A stretch of 43,916 nucleotides of DNA, taken from assembly GCA_030591505.1 (NCBI GenBank), contig JAUVAY010000003.1:1-43916 (forward strand), read 5' to 3'. This document shows positions 9,521 to 17,842 of this stretch, piece after piece. The notes beneath the pieces are model-generated. The model did not search any database and was not told the origin of the DNA. It saw only the letters and a program-made list of their open reading frames with translations. Every line of letters starts with the position of its first letter. Within the stretch, counting starts at the first letter, position 1. This stretch comes from Flavobacteriales bacterium. GTDB taxonomy: Bacteria; Bacteroidota; Bacteroidia; Flavobacteriales_D; JAHECK01. Both the position numbers and the translations under genes were made by a program.

Positions 9521-11524
9521 ATGACCATAAAGGAAATACAAGTTGACATACGCCAGGGAATTCCAACTGAGATCCCCGTTAAAAAAGAATACGACACTAC
9601 GATTAGTCATGCTCCTAAACGAAAAGACATTCTTTCTGTAGATGAGAAAAGACTGGCTTTAAAAAATGCGCTTCGCTATTTCCCAGTTCATCAACACACA
9701 GAATTAGCAAAGGATTTTTCTGAGGAATTATTAAACTACGGAAGAATTTACATGCATCGTTATCGTCCGGACTACCCAATTTTTGCTCGAAGTATCGATG
9801 ACTATCCGGGTAAATGCTTACAAGCAAGAGCCATCATGGTGATGATACAGAACAACCTTGATTACTCGATCGCTCAGCATCCTCATGAGCTCATTACTTA
9901 TGGAGGAAATGGTGCCGTGTTTCAAAATTGGGCACAATATCGCCTGACGATGAAATATCTATCTGAAATGTCAGATGAACAAACACTTGTCATGTATTCT
10001 GGTCACCCCCAAGGCTTATTTCCAAGTCACAAAAATGCTCCCCGGGTGGTGGTAACAAATGGTATGATGATCCCAAATTATTCTAGTCAGGATGACTGGG
10101 AAAAATTTAATGCTTTAGGCGTTACTCAATATGGACAAATGACAGCCGGATCGTTCATGTATATTGGCCCTCAAGGAATTGTTCATGGTACAACGATCAC
10201 TGTCTTAAACGCAGGAAGAATGATTGACCCGACAGGTAGTCTTGCCGGAAAAATATTTCTTACCTCCGGGTTAGGAGGAATGAGTGGAGCTCAACCAAAA
10301 GCTGGAGATATCGCAGGATGCATTAGCATTGTAGCTGAAATAGATCCTATAGCAACTTATAAGCGCCATGAACAAGGTTGGGTAAAGGAAGTGATCACTA
10401 CACTCGATGAGCTAGTAAATCGAGTTAGAATAGCTAAAGAAAACAAAGAAGTTGTTTCTATAGCCTACCTTGGAAACATTGTAGATGTATGGGAAAAGTT
10501 TGATGAGGAGAATATTTTTGTCGACATGGGATCTGATCAGACTTCATTACATAACCCATGGGCAGGAGGGTACTATCCGGCTGGTCTTAGTTATGAAGAA
10601 GGAAAAGTAATGATGGCTGAAGATCCCGATCAATTTAAAATTCATGTAAAAGACTCATTGAGAAGGCAAGTAAAAGCGATCAATAAGCATACAGAAAAAG
10701 GAACTTATTTCTTCGATTACGGAAATGCATTCTTATTAGAAGCTTCTCGTGCAGGGGCTGATATTATGGCGGACAATGGTAAGGACTTTAAATACCCTTC
10801 TTATGTACAGGACATTATGGGCCCTATGTGTTTCGATTATGGTTTTGGACCTTTCCGTTGGGTATGTACCTCAGGAAAACCTGAAGACCTTTTAAAAACA
10901 GATAAACTGGCTCTTGAAACAATGAATGAGATCATGAGCCATTCTCCTGAAGAAATCAAGCAGCAAATGGCTGATAATATTCAGTGGATAAAAGGAGCAC
11001 AAGAAAATAAGCTGGTTGTAGGCTCTCAGGCAAGAATTTTATATGCTGATGCTGAAGGACGGATTAAAATAGCCAAGGCTTTTAATGATGCGATCGCACA
11101 AGGAGAGATCGGACCTGTGGTATTGGGTAGAGATCATCATGATGTTTCCGGTACTGATTCACCATTTCGGGAAACAGCTAATATATATGACGGTTCACAA
11201 TTTACTGCAGATATGGCCATTCAAAATGTTATTGGAGATTCATTCCGAGGAGCTACATGGGTTTCCATTCACAATGGTGGCGGCGTAGGATGGGGAGAGG
11301 TGATAAATGGAGGATTTGGAATGGTCTTAGATGGTACTGCAGATGCCGAAATGCGCTTAAAACAAATGTTGTATTGGGATGTAAATAATGGGATCGCGCG
11401 TAGAAACTGGGCGAGAAATTCAGAAGCTATTTTTGCAATTAAAAGAGCGATGGCTGAGAATCCTGATCTTAAAGTAACGCTTCCGTCAATTGCTGATGAT
11501 GAATTATTGGAAGGGTTCTTTTAA
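9521..11524 (+). CDS. hutU: Urocanate hydratase (long, ~670 aa form)
   Basis: YGQMTAGSFMYIGPQG, GLGGMSGAQP, SDQTSLHN, FDYGN, GRDHHDVSGTDSPFRET, HNGGGVGWG. Confidence 0.97.
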   Translation: MTIKEIQVDIRQGIPTEIPVKKEYDTTISHAPKRKDILSVDEKRLALKNALRYFPVHQHTELAKDFSEELLNYGRIYMHRYRPDYPIFARSIDDYPGKCLQARAIMVMIQNNLDYSIAQHPHELITYGGNGAVFQNWAQYRLTMKYLSEMSDEQTLVMYSGHPQGLFPSHKNAPRVVVTNGMMIPNYSSQDDWEKFNALGVTQYGQMTAGSFMYIGPQGIVHGTTITVLNAGRMIDPTGSLAGKIFLTSGLGGMSGAQPKAGDIAGCISIVAEIDPIATYKRHEQGWVKEVITTLDELVNRVRIAKENKEVVSIAYLGNIVDVWEKFDEENIFVDMGSDQTSLHNPWAGGYYPAGLSYEEGKVMMAEDPDQFKIHVKDSLRRQVKAINKHTEKGTYFFDYGNAFLLEASRAGADIMADNGKDFKYPSYVQDIMGPMCFDYGFGPFRWVCTSGKPEDLLKTDKLALETMNEIMSHSPEEIKQQMADNIQWIKGAQENKLVVGSQARILYADAEGRIKIAKAFNDAIAQGEIGPVVLGRDHHDVSGTDSPFRETANIYDGSQFTADMAIQNVIGDSFRGATWVSIHNGGGVGWGEVINGGFGMVLDGTADAEMRLKQMLYWDVNNGIARRNWARNSEAIFAIKRAMAENPDLKVTLPSIADDELLEGFF

Positions 11525-11558
11525 TGGTTAACCGCTGAAAACGCTAATGATATTTGTT

Positions 11559-11585
11559 CAGAGACACAATGCAATGTGTCCCTAC
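11559..11585 (-). repeat. GTAG-type REP-like palindrome between the convergent hutU and truA genes
   Basis: Minus strand reads GTAGGGACACATTGCATTGTGTCTCTG: a GTAG tetranucleotide followed by an imperfect palindrome. Confidence 0.5.
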
Positions 11586-11601
11586 CCTATTCTAACTGTT
11601 T

Positions 11602-12381
11602 TTAATTTAAATCAAAATGCGTCTTTTGTAACATCAACGCGGATGCAGGAGCAATATAATCGAAGTGCGGTGTGAGTTCATCAGTAAAACTCCTTTGGAA
11701 TTCATCAATAGTTATAGCACCCTTACCCAATTGATATAGTTGTCCCATCATTAAGCGAACCTGATTACGAAGAAAGCCTTTTGAATGGATATGAAATGCC
11801 CATGTTTCCTTAGGAAAAAAACTAGCGCTCATCACTTTATTTACCTCAATTCGACTATAAGTGATGTTTCTAATAAAAGTAGCATTCTCTTTTGGCTTTG
11901 TACAATACCTTTTAAAATTATGTTCTCCTTCAAATAAGAGCGCTCCTTTTTTCATCAACTCGATATCCAATACCTCATCAAAACTATGCATAAAGGGTGC
12001 TGAAAAAGGATGATTTTTCTCACCATGAGCAAATAAATATACATACTCTTTCAACTTAGGGGTTTGGATAATGTTAAACTCAGCATTTACCTCTTCTATA
12101 GAAACAGCTCTGATATCAGACGGTAAATTGCTATTAAAATCAGTCAAAAATTCATCTAGGTCTATCGATTTTTGTAAAAACATTTCAAATGCCATGTCAT
12201 CGGCTGAAACCATCGCATCAGTTCGCGAACTCCCTAATGTTTTATACTTTTCATCAGTAAATACAAAACTCAGTGTTTTATCCACCATCTGATGAATTGT
12301 TTTAACAACAGGTTGCTTGGCCCAACCATGAAAACGATAGCCTAAATACTGAATACGGATCAGGTAGAAATTATTCCACAT
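11602..12381 (-). CDS. truA: TruA-family tRNA pseudouridine synthase
   Basis: IQYLGYRFHGW, SRTDAMVSA (catalytic Asp), GEHNF, GFLRNQVRLMMG, APASAL. Confidence 0.88.
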   Translation of the reverse strand: MWNNFYLIRIQYLGYRFHGWAKQPVVKTIHQMVDKTLSFVFTDEKYKTLGSSRTDAMVSADDMAFEMFLQKSIDLDEFLTDFNSNLPSDIRAVSIEEVNAEFNIIQTPKLKEYVYLFAHGEKNHPFSAPFMHSFDEVLDIELMKKGALLFEGEHNFKRYCTKPKENATFIRNITYSRIEVNKVMSASFFPKETWAFHIHSKGFLRNQVRLMMGQLYQLGKGAITIDEFQRSFTDELTPHFDYIAPASALMLQKTHFDLN

Positions 12382-12433
12382 TTTATCGATTGCTATTTTT
12401 TTTCAATTTATGCTAAATAAATCATTTCTAATA

Positions 12434-12447
12434 CTGACAATTATCAA
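12434..12447. promoter_or_regulatory. FNR/CRP-like box upstream of 12494
   Basis: CTGAC-AATT-ATCAA compared with the FNR consensus TTGAT-N4-ATCAA (2 mismatches), 46 nt before the ATG. Confidence 0.35.
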
Positions 12448-12493
12448 TACTTATTAAGTATCCCGAATGTAATTTTATCAAAAATTTATAATC

Positions 12494-13393
12494 ATGAAGA
12501 GAATTCTTTTAATAATAATTATCGCATTAATTCCTTATTTGGTAATTGCTCAAACATTTAAGCCCTATACCATTGGGGTAATAAATGAAAAACCACTAAA
12601 TGAAGTAAAAAACTCTGTAGCTTCTGCTATGCAAACCAATAATTTTGATGTTGTTGGTGAGTATATGCCCGCCAATGATAAAACGCGTTGGGTCTTGGTA
12701 GTAACACATAATGAGTTACTAAAAGCAGTAGCAAAAGAAGGCGGATTACGTGGTTTTGCAGCTACATTAAGAATCGCCATAACCGAGGAAGAAGGAAAAA
12801 CATTTATTTCTTACACCAGTCCTGAATATTGGGGTAGAGCTTACTATCAGGATTCATTTGATAATGTCGCTAAAAATTATAAGACTGTTTCCTCCGATTT
12901 TGTAAAAGCTATGAGTACACTTGGAAGTTATGATGGAAATGTTTTTGGTTGTGAAAAAGGATTAGAAGCCAAAGATTTGCTGAAGTATCATTACATGATG
13001 GGGATGCCTTATTTTGATGACACGGAAGAACTGGAAGATTTTGATAATCAGGCAGAAGCCATAAAGAAAATAGAAGCCAATTTAAAGAATGGTGTAGACA
13101 ATGTGAAACAAGTCTATAAAGTTGACATTCCAGACCGTGATATGGTTTTATATGGTTTTGCATTGGGTGGTGAAAATGGAGAATCAACTTTTTTACCAAT
13201 CATTGATATAACAAAGCCATTGCATACTGCATTTCTACCTTATGAGCTACTCGTAGTAGATGGAGAAGTACATATTCTTCACGGAAGATTTAGAATAGCC
13301 ATCGCCTTTCCTGACCTAACGATGGGAACATTTACAAAGATCATGTCAACTCCAGGCGATATTGAAGATATGTTGGAGGAATTAGTGGACTAA
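12494..13393 (+). CDS. Exported protein of unknown function, possibly two DUF302-like repeats
   Basis: Sec signal (MKRILLIIII...VIA-Q). Segments PLNEVKNSVASAMQTNNFDVVGEY and HTAFLPYELLVVDGEVHIL resemble DUF302 patterns; YHYMMGMPYF is Met/His-rich. Confidence 0.6.
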   Translation: MKRILLIIIIALIPYLVIAQTFKPYTIGVINEKPLNEVKNSVASAMQTNNFDVVGEYMPANDKTRWVLVVTHNELLKAVAKEGGLRGFAATLRIAITEEEGKTFISYTSPEYWGRAYYQDSFDNVAKNYKTVSSDFVKAMSTLGSYDGNVFGCEKGLEAKDLLKYHYMMGMPYFDDTEELEDFDNQAEAIKKIEANLKNGVDNVKQVYKVDIPDRDMVLYGFALGGENGESTFLPIIDITKPLHTAFLPYELLVVDGEVHILHGRFRIAIAFPDLTMGTFTKIMSTPGDIEDMLEELVD

Positions 13394-13436
13394 ATATAAT
13401 GTACGTCTTATAGATAACCCATTGCAATTGGGTTGT

Positions 13437-13465
13437 AAAGGTCGAGTGTAAACTCGACCTTTTTT
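13437..13465 (+). terminator. Intrinsic terminator
   Basis: AAAGGTCGAGT-GTAA-ACTCGACCTTTTTT. Confidence 0.85.
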
Positions 13466-13759
13466 ATTTTATATACAGCACAATTACTTGATATGTTTGA
13501 CGCGATAACTTGATATATTCAGTGTGTTAATTTGCTGACAATGTCATAATAGTGTCACTTTATATTCCAAATATGAATATATCTGCCTTTTTCGAAAACC
13601 TGCTTACTTCATAACGTTTTCAATATCACAGCATAATTGACACGTAAAATTAATGAAATAATTATAAGTAATATATTGAATGCGTGTTACTTATGTAGAT
13701 ATATGCAATGATTATCTGTGTTAATGTAAGTAGAATAAATAATATTTATGTCTCCGCGT

Positions 13760-13796
13760 ATGATTTCAATCAATACTATCTGTGACCTAAATCACA
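13760..13796. promoter_or_regulatory. Perfect TGTGA-N6-TCACA operator (CRP/FNR- or Rex-type) with an adjacent FNR-like box
   Basis: TGTGA-CCTAAA-TCACA at 13781-13796 and ATGAT-TTCA-ATCAA at 13760-13773. The same palindrome occurs at 23356-23371. Confidence 0.65.
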
Positions 13797-13890
13797 TTTG
13801 TAAATAATCAGGGTCATAAAATAATCACTATTTGTGATGGACATTTACTGTAAATATTGACAAAAACAAATGTTCAAAAAAACAAATATC

Positions 13891-15117
13891 ATGAAAACAA
13901 AATCATTTTTAATGTTAATGACACTTGGAGGCGCACTCCTTTTTACTACATCTTGTAAAGACGATGTTGAAGATCCTCCTCCACCTCCTCCTCCGGGACC
14001 GGGTGAAAGTACAACTGAATTAAAAGTAGCTAAATTCACTTCTGCACCAGACATGGATGGAACTATTGATGACATGTGGGCAAATGCTCAAAAATTAGTA
14101 GGTACTACTTCTGTTCCTACATTAGATCCAAGAGATACTTACTTAAACTCTGATGGAGAAGGTACTGAAGAAGATCTTGGTTTATTTTACCCATACTCAG
14201 GAGAAGAAAATGACTTCACATTACGTGCTGGTTATAAAGACGACAGAATCTATTTCTTAATGGAATGGGTTGATGGTGATGATAGTAAAGACAGACAGTC
14301 TTGGTACTTTGATGAAGATGATCATCTTTGGAAAGGTGAGCATAAATATGCTAACGAAGTAAATGACAAATTTTACGAAGATAAATTTGCATTCTTATTT
14401 CCAATAGGAGAGGTTAATAATTTCAGTAGCTCTACTTGTTATGCTACTTGTCACCAAGCTTCATCAATCGCAACTCCAAAAGACAAACATACTAGACACT
14501 ACTTAAAAGAGGATGGTCAATTAGTTGATATGTGGCATTGGAAACGCGTAAGAGGAACGTATATGGGTCAAATTGATGATCAACAAATGACTTATGTTGC
14601 CCCTCCTTACGATTCAGGTTCAAATGGTAGAACTGGTGACGAAGGTGGAGCTGGTTATGCTAACAACTCACAAACATTATTCAATGGTTCTGTAGATGTA
14701 AGTGTACCTCTATATGTTGTTCCTAATGGAACAGATTATTACTGGATCAGTGTTGATGACTTCGGTGGAAGTGCAGTATTAGTAGAATCTGTTGATGAAA
14801 TGGGTGTTTTAACATTACTTGGTGGAGCTACCATCGATCCTAATGGTGATACTGGTTATGCACAAGGTTCAGGTAACAAACGTATTCCTAGTGTTACTAC
14901 ACATGCATTTACTGGTGGAAGAGCTGATATTGAAATCACTGCTGTATATACTGGTTCTGGTTGGATCTGTGAATTCACACGTTTACTTGACACTGGTGAT
15001 GTTGATGATGTAGTATTTGATATCACTGAAGAATTAGACTTTGGTTTAGCAATATTTGATAACGCTGCAATCGCACACGGAATCAAGCCAGGTCTGAAAA
15101 TGACTTACGTTCAATAA
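13891..15117 (+). CDS. EB_dh / DOMON-type heme-binding lipoprotein (ethylbenzene dehydrogenase gamma-like)
   Basis: Lipobox LFTTS-C then KDDVED, poly-Pro linker, APDMDGTIDDMW, IYFLMEWVD, YEDKFAFLF, CYATCH, DMWHWK, WICEFTRLLDTG, FGLAIFDN. Start at the ATG of MKTKS (13891). Confidence 0.8.
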   Translation: MKTKSFLMLMTLGGALLFTTSCKDDVEDPPPPPPPGPGESTTELKVAKFTSAPDMDGTIDDMWANAQKLVGTTSVPTLDPRDTYLNSDGEGTEEDLGLFYPYSGEENDFTLRAGYKDDRIYFLMEWVDGDDSKDRQSWYFDEDDHLWKGEHKYANEVNDKFYEDKFAFLFPIGEVNNFSSSTCYATCHQASSIATPKDKHTRHYLKEDGQLVDMWHWKRVRGTYMGQIDDQQMTYVAPPYDSGSNGRTGDEGGAGYANNSQTLFNGSVDVSVPLYVVPNGTDYYWISVDDFGGSAVLVESVDEMGVLTLLGGATIDPNGDTGYAQGSGNKRIPSVTTHAFTGGRADIEITAVYTGSGWICEFTRLLDTGDVDDVVFDITEELDFGLAIFDNAAIAHGIKPGLKMTYVQ

Positions 15118-15134
15118 TTAATATAACATTATTT

Positions 15135-15165
15135 ATGGGGCGTCAATCAACAGTTGGCGCCTCAT
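15135..15165 (+). other. Intergenic stem-loop without U-tract (mRNA stabiliser or partial terminator)
   Basis: ATGGGGCGTCAA-TCAACAG-TTGGCGCCTCAT pairs with G-U wobbles, 18 nt after the stop. Confidence 0.5.
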
Positions 15166-15274
15166 TAGTATATAGTCAAGCGGTCTGAATAACATTTAAA
15201 AAATTGACTATTAAGATCTTTGAAATATATTTTCTTTAAATTTAAAGAGTCAATATTAACAAACAGATACTATT

Positions 15275-15646
15275 ATGGAATTAAAAAGAGCTTTTAAAGC
15301 ACTCGGCACTTGTTTGATCATTGCCATGCTATTTACCACTGCTTGTCAAAGCGACAAGGTCTACCCTCCACAAATTGAAGGAGATGTGAGTTACGCAAAT
15401 GATATGCAACCCTTCTTTAACGCAATGTGTACCGAATGTCATAATGGCACAGGTATTCCTCTTAACTTATTAGCAGATGTTTCTTATGATGCTCTATTCA
15501 CCGGAAACTATGTAGATACAACTGATGCATCAGCAAGTGTGCTCTATGTAAAAATAGTAGCCCCTAATAGTATGGAAAGTTATGCTTCAGATGTTCAAAG
15601 GTCAATGACATTGAAGTGGATCGAACAAGGAGCTAAAAACAACTAA
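15275..15646 (+). CDS. Monoheme c-type cytochrome lipoprotein
   Basis: Lipobox FTTA-C, CTECH, candidate distal Met (NSME), C-terminal KWIEQGAKNN typical of small cytochrome c domains. Confidence 0.85.
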   Translation: MELKRAFKALGTCLIIAMLFTTACQSDKVYPPQIEGDVSYANDMQPFFNAMCTECHNGTGIPLNLLADVSYDALFTGNYVDTTDASASVLYVKIVAPNSMESYASDVQRSMTLKWIEQGAKNN

Positions 15647-15656
15647 AATAAAAGCT

Positions 15657-16580
15657 ATGAAAAAGATTTTTAATACACCGACGAATACGATGAAACTTAG
15701 CTTTACATTTCTTTTGGTTTTTGTAATGCTTTCAATGTCTACCACTGTTTCTGCACAAGATGAAACTGAAGCAAAAGAAGAAATTAAGAAACCTGAAAAA
15801 CCAGCACGACCGGCTTACGAAAGTGCCTACTGGTTTGATGGTCAGAATGGAGTAGTATACAATAAGAAAACACTAGAATTTGCTATTCAACACCGTTTTG
15901 GATTAATCGGATCAGACCCTAAAGAATTATTAGGCCTTTATGGACCTTCAACCAATACTCGACTAGGATTATCTTATGTACCGATAAAAAATCTTAGTGT
16001 TGGCTTAGGTTACACTAAGTATAAATTCGTATTGGATCTGAATGCAAAGTACATGATCCTGACGCAAACAAAATCGAATTCCATGCCTTTTTCATTGAGT
16101 TACTATGTGAATATGGGAATCGAGATGCAGGATAAAGAGAATTATGAAACCTACTCTCATCGAATGAATTATTTCCATACCCTTATATTAATGAGAAGAT
16201 TTAATAAAAATTTCTCAGCACACATCTCTCCTTCATTCATTCATTATAATGCAGTAAAAGTTGAAGTACAAGACGATGGAAGTGAATTGTCAATGGATAA
16301 TAATTCTTACGGAATAAGTGTTGGTGCACGCTATAAGATCAACTCTACCTTAATCATTATGGCTGGTTATGACCAACCTTTAACGCAGCATGCTATTAAC
16401 CAACCGCTGCCTTCAATAAATGTTGGACTAGAGATCGCCACTTCAAATCATGCCTTCCAGATCATCTTTACCAATTACAACAAAATTCAGCCTCAAGAGA
16501 ATTTTATGTATAACCAAAATGATTTTGGTCAAGGTCAGTGGCTTATCGGATTTAACATAACTCGCTTGCGCTCATTATAA
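15657..16580 (+). CDS. Outer-membrane beta-barrel protein (DUF5777-like)
   Basis: Sec signal, LEFAIQHRFG, alternating amphipathic strands, GLEIATSNHAFQIIFTN, terminal strand WLIGFNITR. Confidence 0.8.
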   Translation: MKKIFNTPTNTMKLSFTFLLVFVMLSMSTTVSAQDETEAKEEIKKPEKPARPAYESAYWFDGQNGVVYNKKTLEFAIQHRFGLIGSDPKELLGLYGPSTNTRLGLSYVPIKNLSVGLGYTKYKFVLDLNAKYMILTQTKSNSMPFSLSYYVNMGIEMQDKENYETYSHRMNYFHTLILMRRFNKNFSAHISPSFIHYNAVKVEVQDDGSELSMDNNSYGISVGARYKINSTLIIMAGYDQPLTQHAINQPLPSINVGLEIATSNHAFQIIFTNYNKIQPQENFMYNQNDFGQGQWLIGFNITRLRSL

Positions 16581-16604
16581 TTCATAAGAACTTAAAAACA
16601 GAAG

Positions 16605-16877
16605 ATGAAAAAGAGTTCGGAAAATAAATCAGGATTATCAAGAAGAAAGGTCCTCCCTCTCATTGGGGGAGGTTTGTTACTTCCTTTTCTAGGTTTTGGA
16701 AAAAAGAGAGACAAGCCATTCGAAGAAGAGGATGCTTCTTACCAAACAATGCTTACGAAAGATGGCAGACTTGTAAAAGTCAAGTCCCACGTAGTTAAAA
16801 AATCGAAAAAGGTCGAAAATAAAGTTTCTAATCGCTCACTCCTTAAATGGCTTAACAAAGACCAAAAAGGAACTTAA
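16605..16877 (+). CDS. Small basic protein with a twin-arginine-like leader
   Basis: SRRKVL followed by hydrophobic PLIGGGLLLPFLGFG; gaps of 24 and 11 nt to its neighbours. Confidence 0.7.
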   Translation: MKKSSENKSGLSRRKVLPLIGGGLLLPFLGFGKKRDKPFEEEDASYQTMLTKDGRLVKVKSHVVKKSKKVENKVSNRSLLKWLNKDQKGT

Positions 16878-16888
16878 CTGTTAACATT

Positions 16889-17842
16889 ATGAAGAAATCT
16901 GATGATAAATCAAGAAGAAGCTTTCTTAATAATGGGCTTACCATTGGTGCATTTTCTATTATTAGCGGATCGCTGATCGCATCTAAACTTTTTGGAAATG
17001 ATGAGCCTGATGAAGAGTTAGTTGAAGTAATGACCACTGAAGGAGACATAATTAAAGTCCCTGCAAGTGAAGTGGAAGAAGTCCCAAAAAAACCTGCATA
17101 CAATGAACGTGAAGGATTTGCGAATCGCAAATTTGTAATGGTCGTTGATCTGGCAAAATGTAGAAATGCACTAAAATGCCAGGATGCGTGTAATAAACAC
17201 CATTATATAGTTGGCGATAATGCATGGTTAAAAGTTTATAAAATGCAAGAGAGCGAACAAACCGCTCCTTACTGGATGCCAATGATGTGTCAACATTGCG
17301 ACGAACCTGCTTGTGTAACGGTTTGCCCGGTAGATGCAACTTTTAAACGACGTGATGGCATCGTACTTATAGATAACGAACAATGCATCGGTTGTCGTTT
17401 CTGCATGGCAGCATGCCCCTACTCTACTCGAGTATTTAACTGGAATGATCCAGAACAAGAAACAGCACTAGCAGAAGAAGAACATCCAGCTGAACATTCC
17501 GCTGATCATTGTGGACATCCGAGTATTAAAGGAACTGTTGACAAATGTGATTTCTGTCCACATAGCATAGACAAAGGAGAACTACCTCACTGTGTTGCTG
17601 CTTGTCCGAATGATGTGTTCTTATTCGGTGATGCTTATGAAGATACTGTTACCAATGGTAGTGGTCAATCTTACCGATTAAGCGAATTGCTAGAAGAAAA
17701 AGCTGGCTATAGACTTATGGAAGGACTGGGTACAGAACCAAGTGTTTTCTACTTACCTCCTGTAGATAGATCAGACGCCTTTGAAGATGGGCTAAAAGAG
17801 TATAGAGAATTTAATTCCGTTAAAAAACCTGAAGAGCTATGA
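16889..17842 (+). CDS. NrfC/DsrO/PsrB-type multi-[4Fe-4S] protein with Tat signal
   Basis: SRRSFL Tat motif; FVMVVDLAKC; CQHCDEPACVTVCP; CIGCRFCMAACPY; KCDFC...PHCVAACP; LGTEPSVFY. Confidence 0.93.
   Translation: MKKSDDKSRRSFLNNGLTIGAFSIISGSLIASKLFGNDEPDEELVEVMTTEGDIIKVPASEVEEVPKKPAYNEREGFANRKFVMVVDLAKCRNALKCQDACNKHHYIVGDNAWLKVYKMQESEQTAPYWMPMMCQHCDEPACVTVCPVDATFKRRDGIVLIDNEQCIGCRFCMAACPYSTRVFNWNDPEQETALAEEEHPAEHSADHCGHPSIKGTVDKCDFCPHSIDKGELPHCVAACPNDVFLFGDAYEDTVTNGSGQSYRLSELLEEKAGYRLMEGLGTEPSVFYLPPVDRSDAFEDGLKEYREFNSVKKPEEL

Noticed and set aside
9406-9597. Minus-strand 63-aa ORF
   Set aside because: Overlaps the better-supported plus-strand Cys-rich ORF (9339-9509) and hutU.
9521-11524. 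Unusually long urocanase without adjacent hut genes, suggesting eukaryote-to-bacterium transfer
   Set aside because: The long form and dispersed hut genes are ordinary in Bacteroidota.
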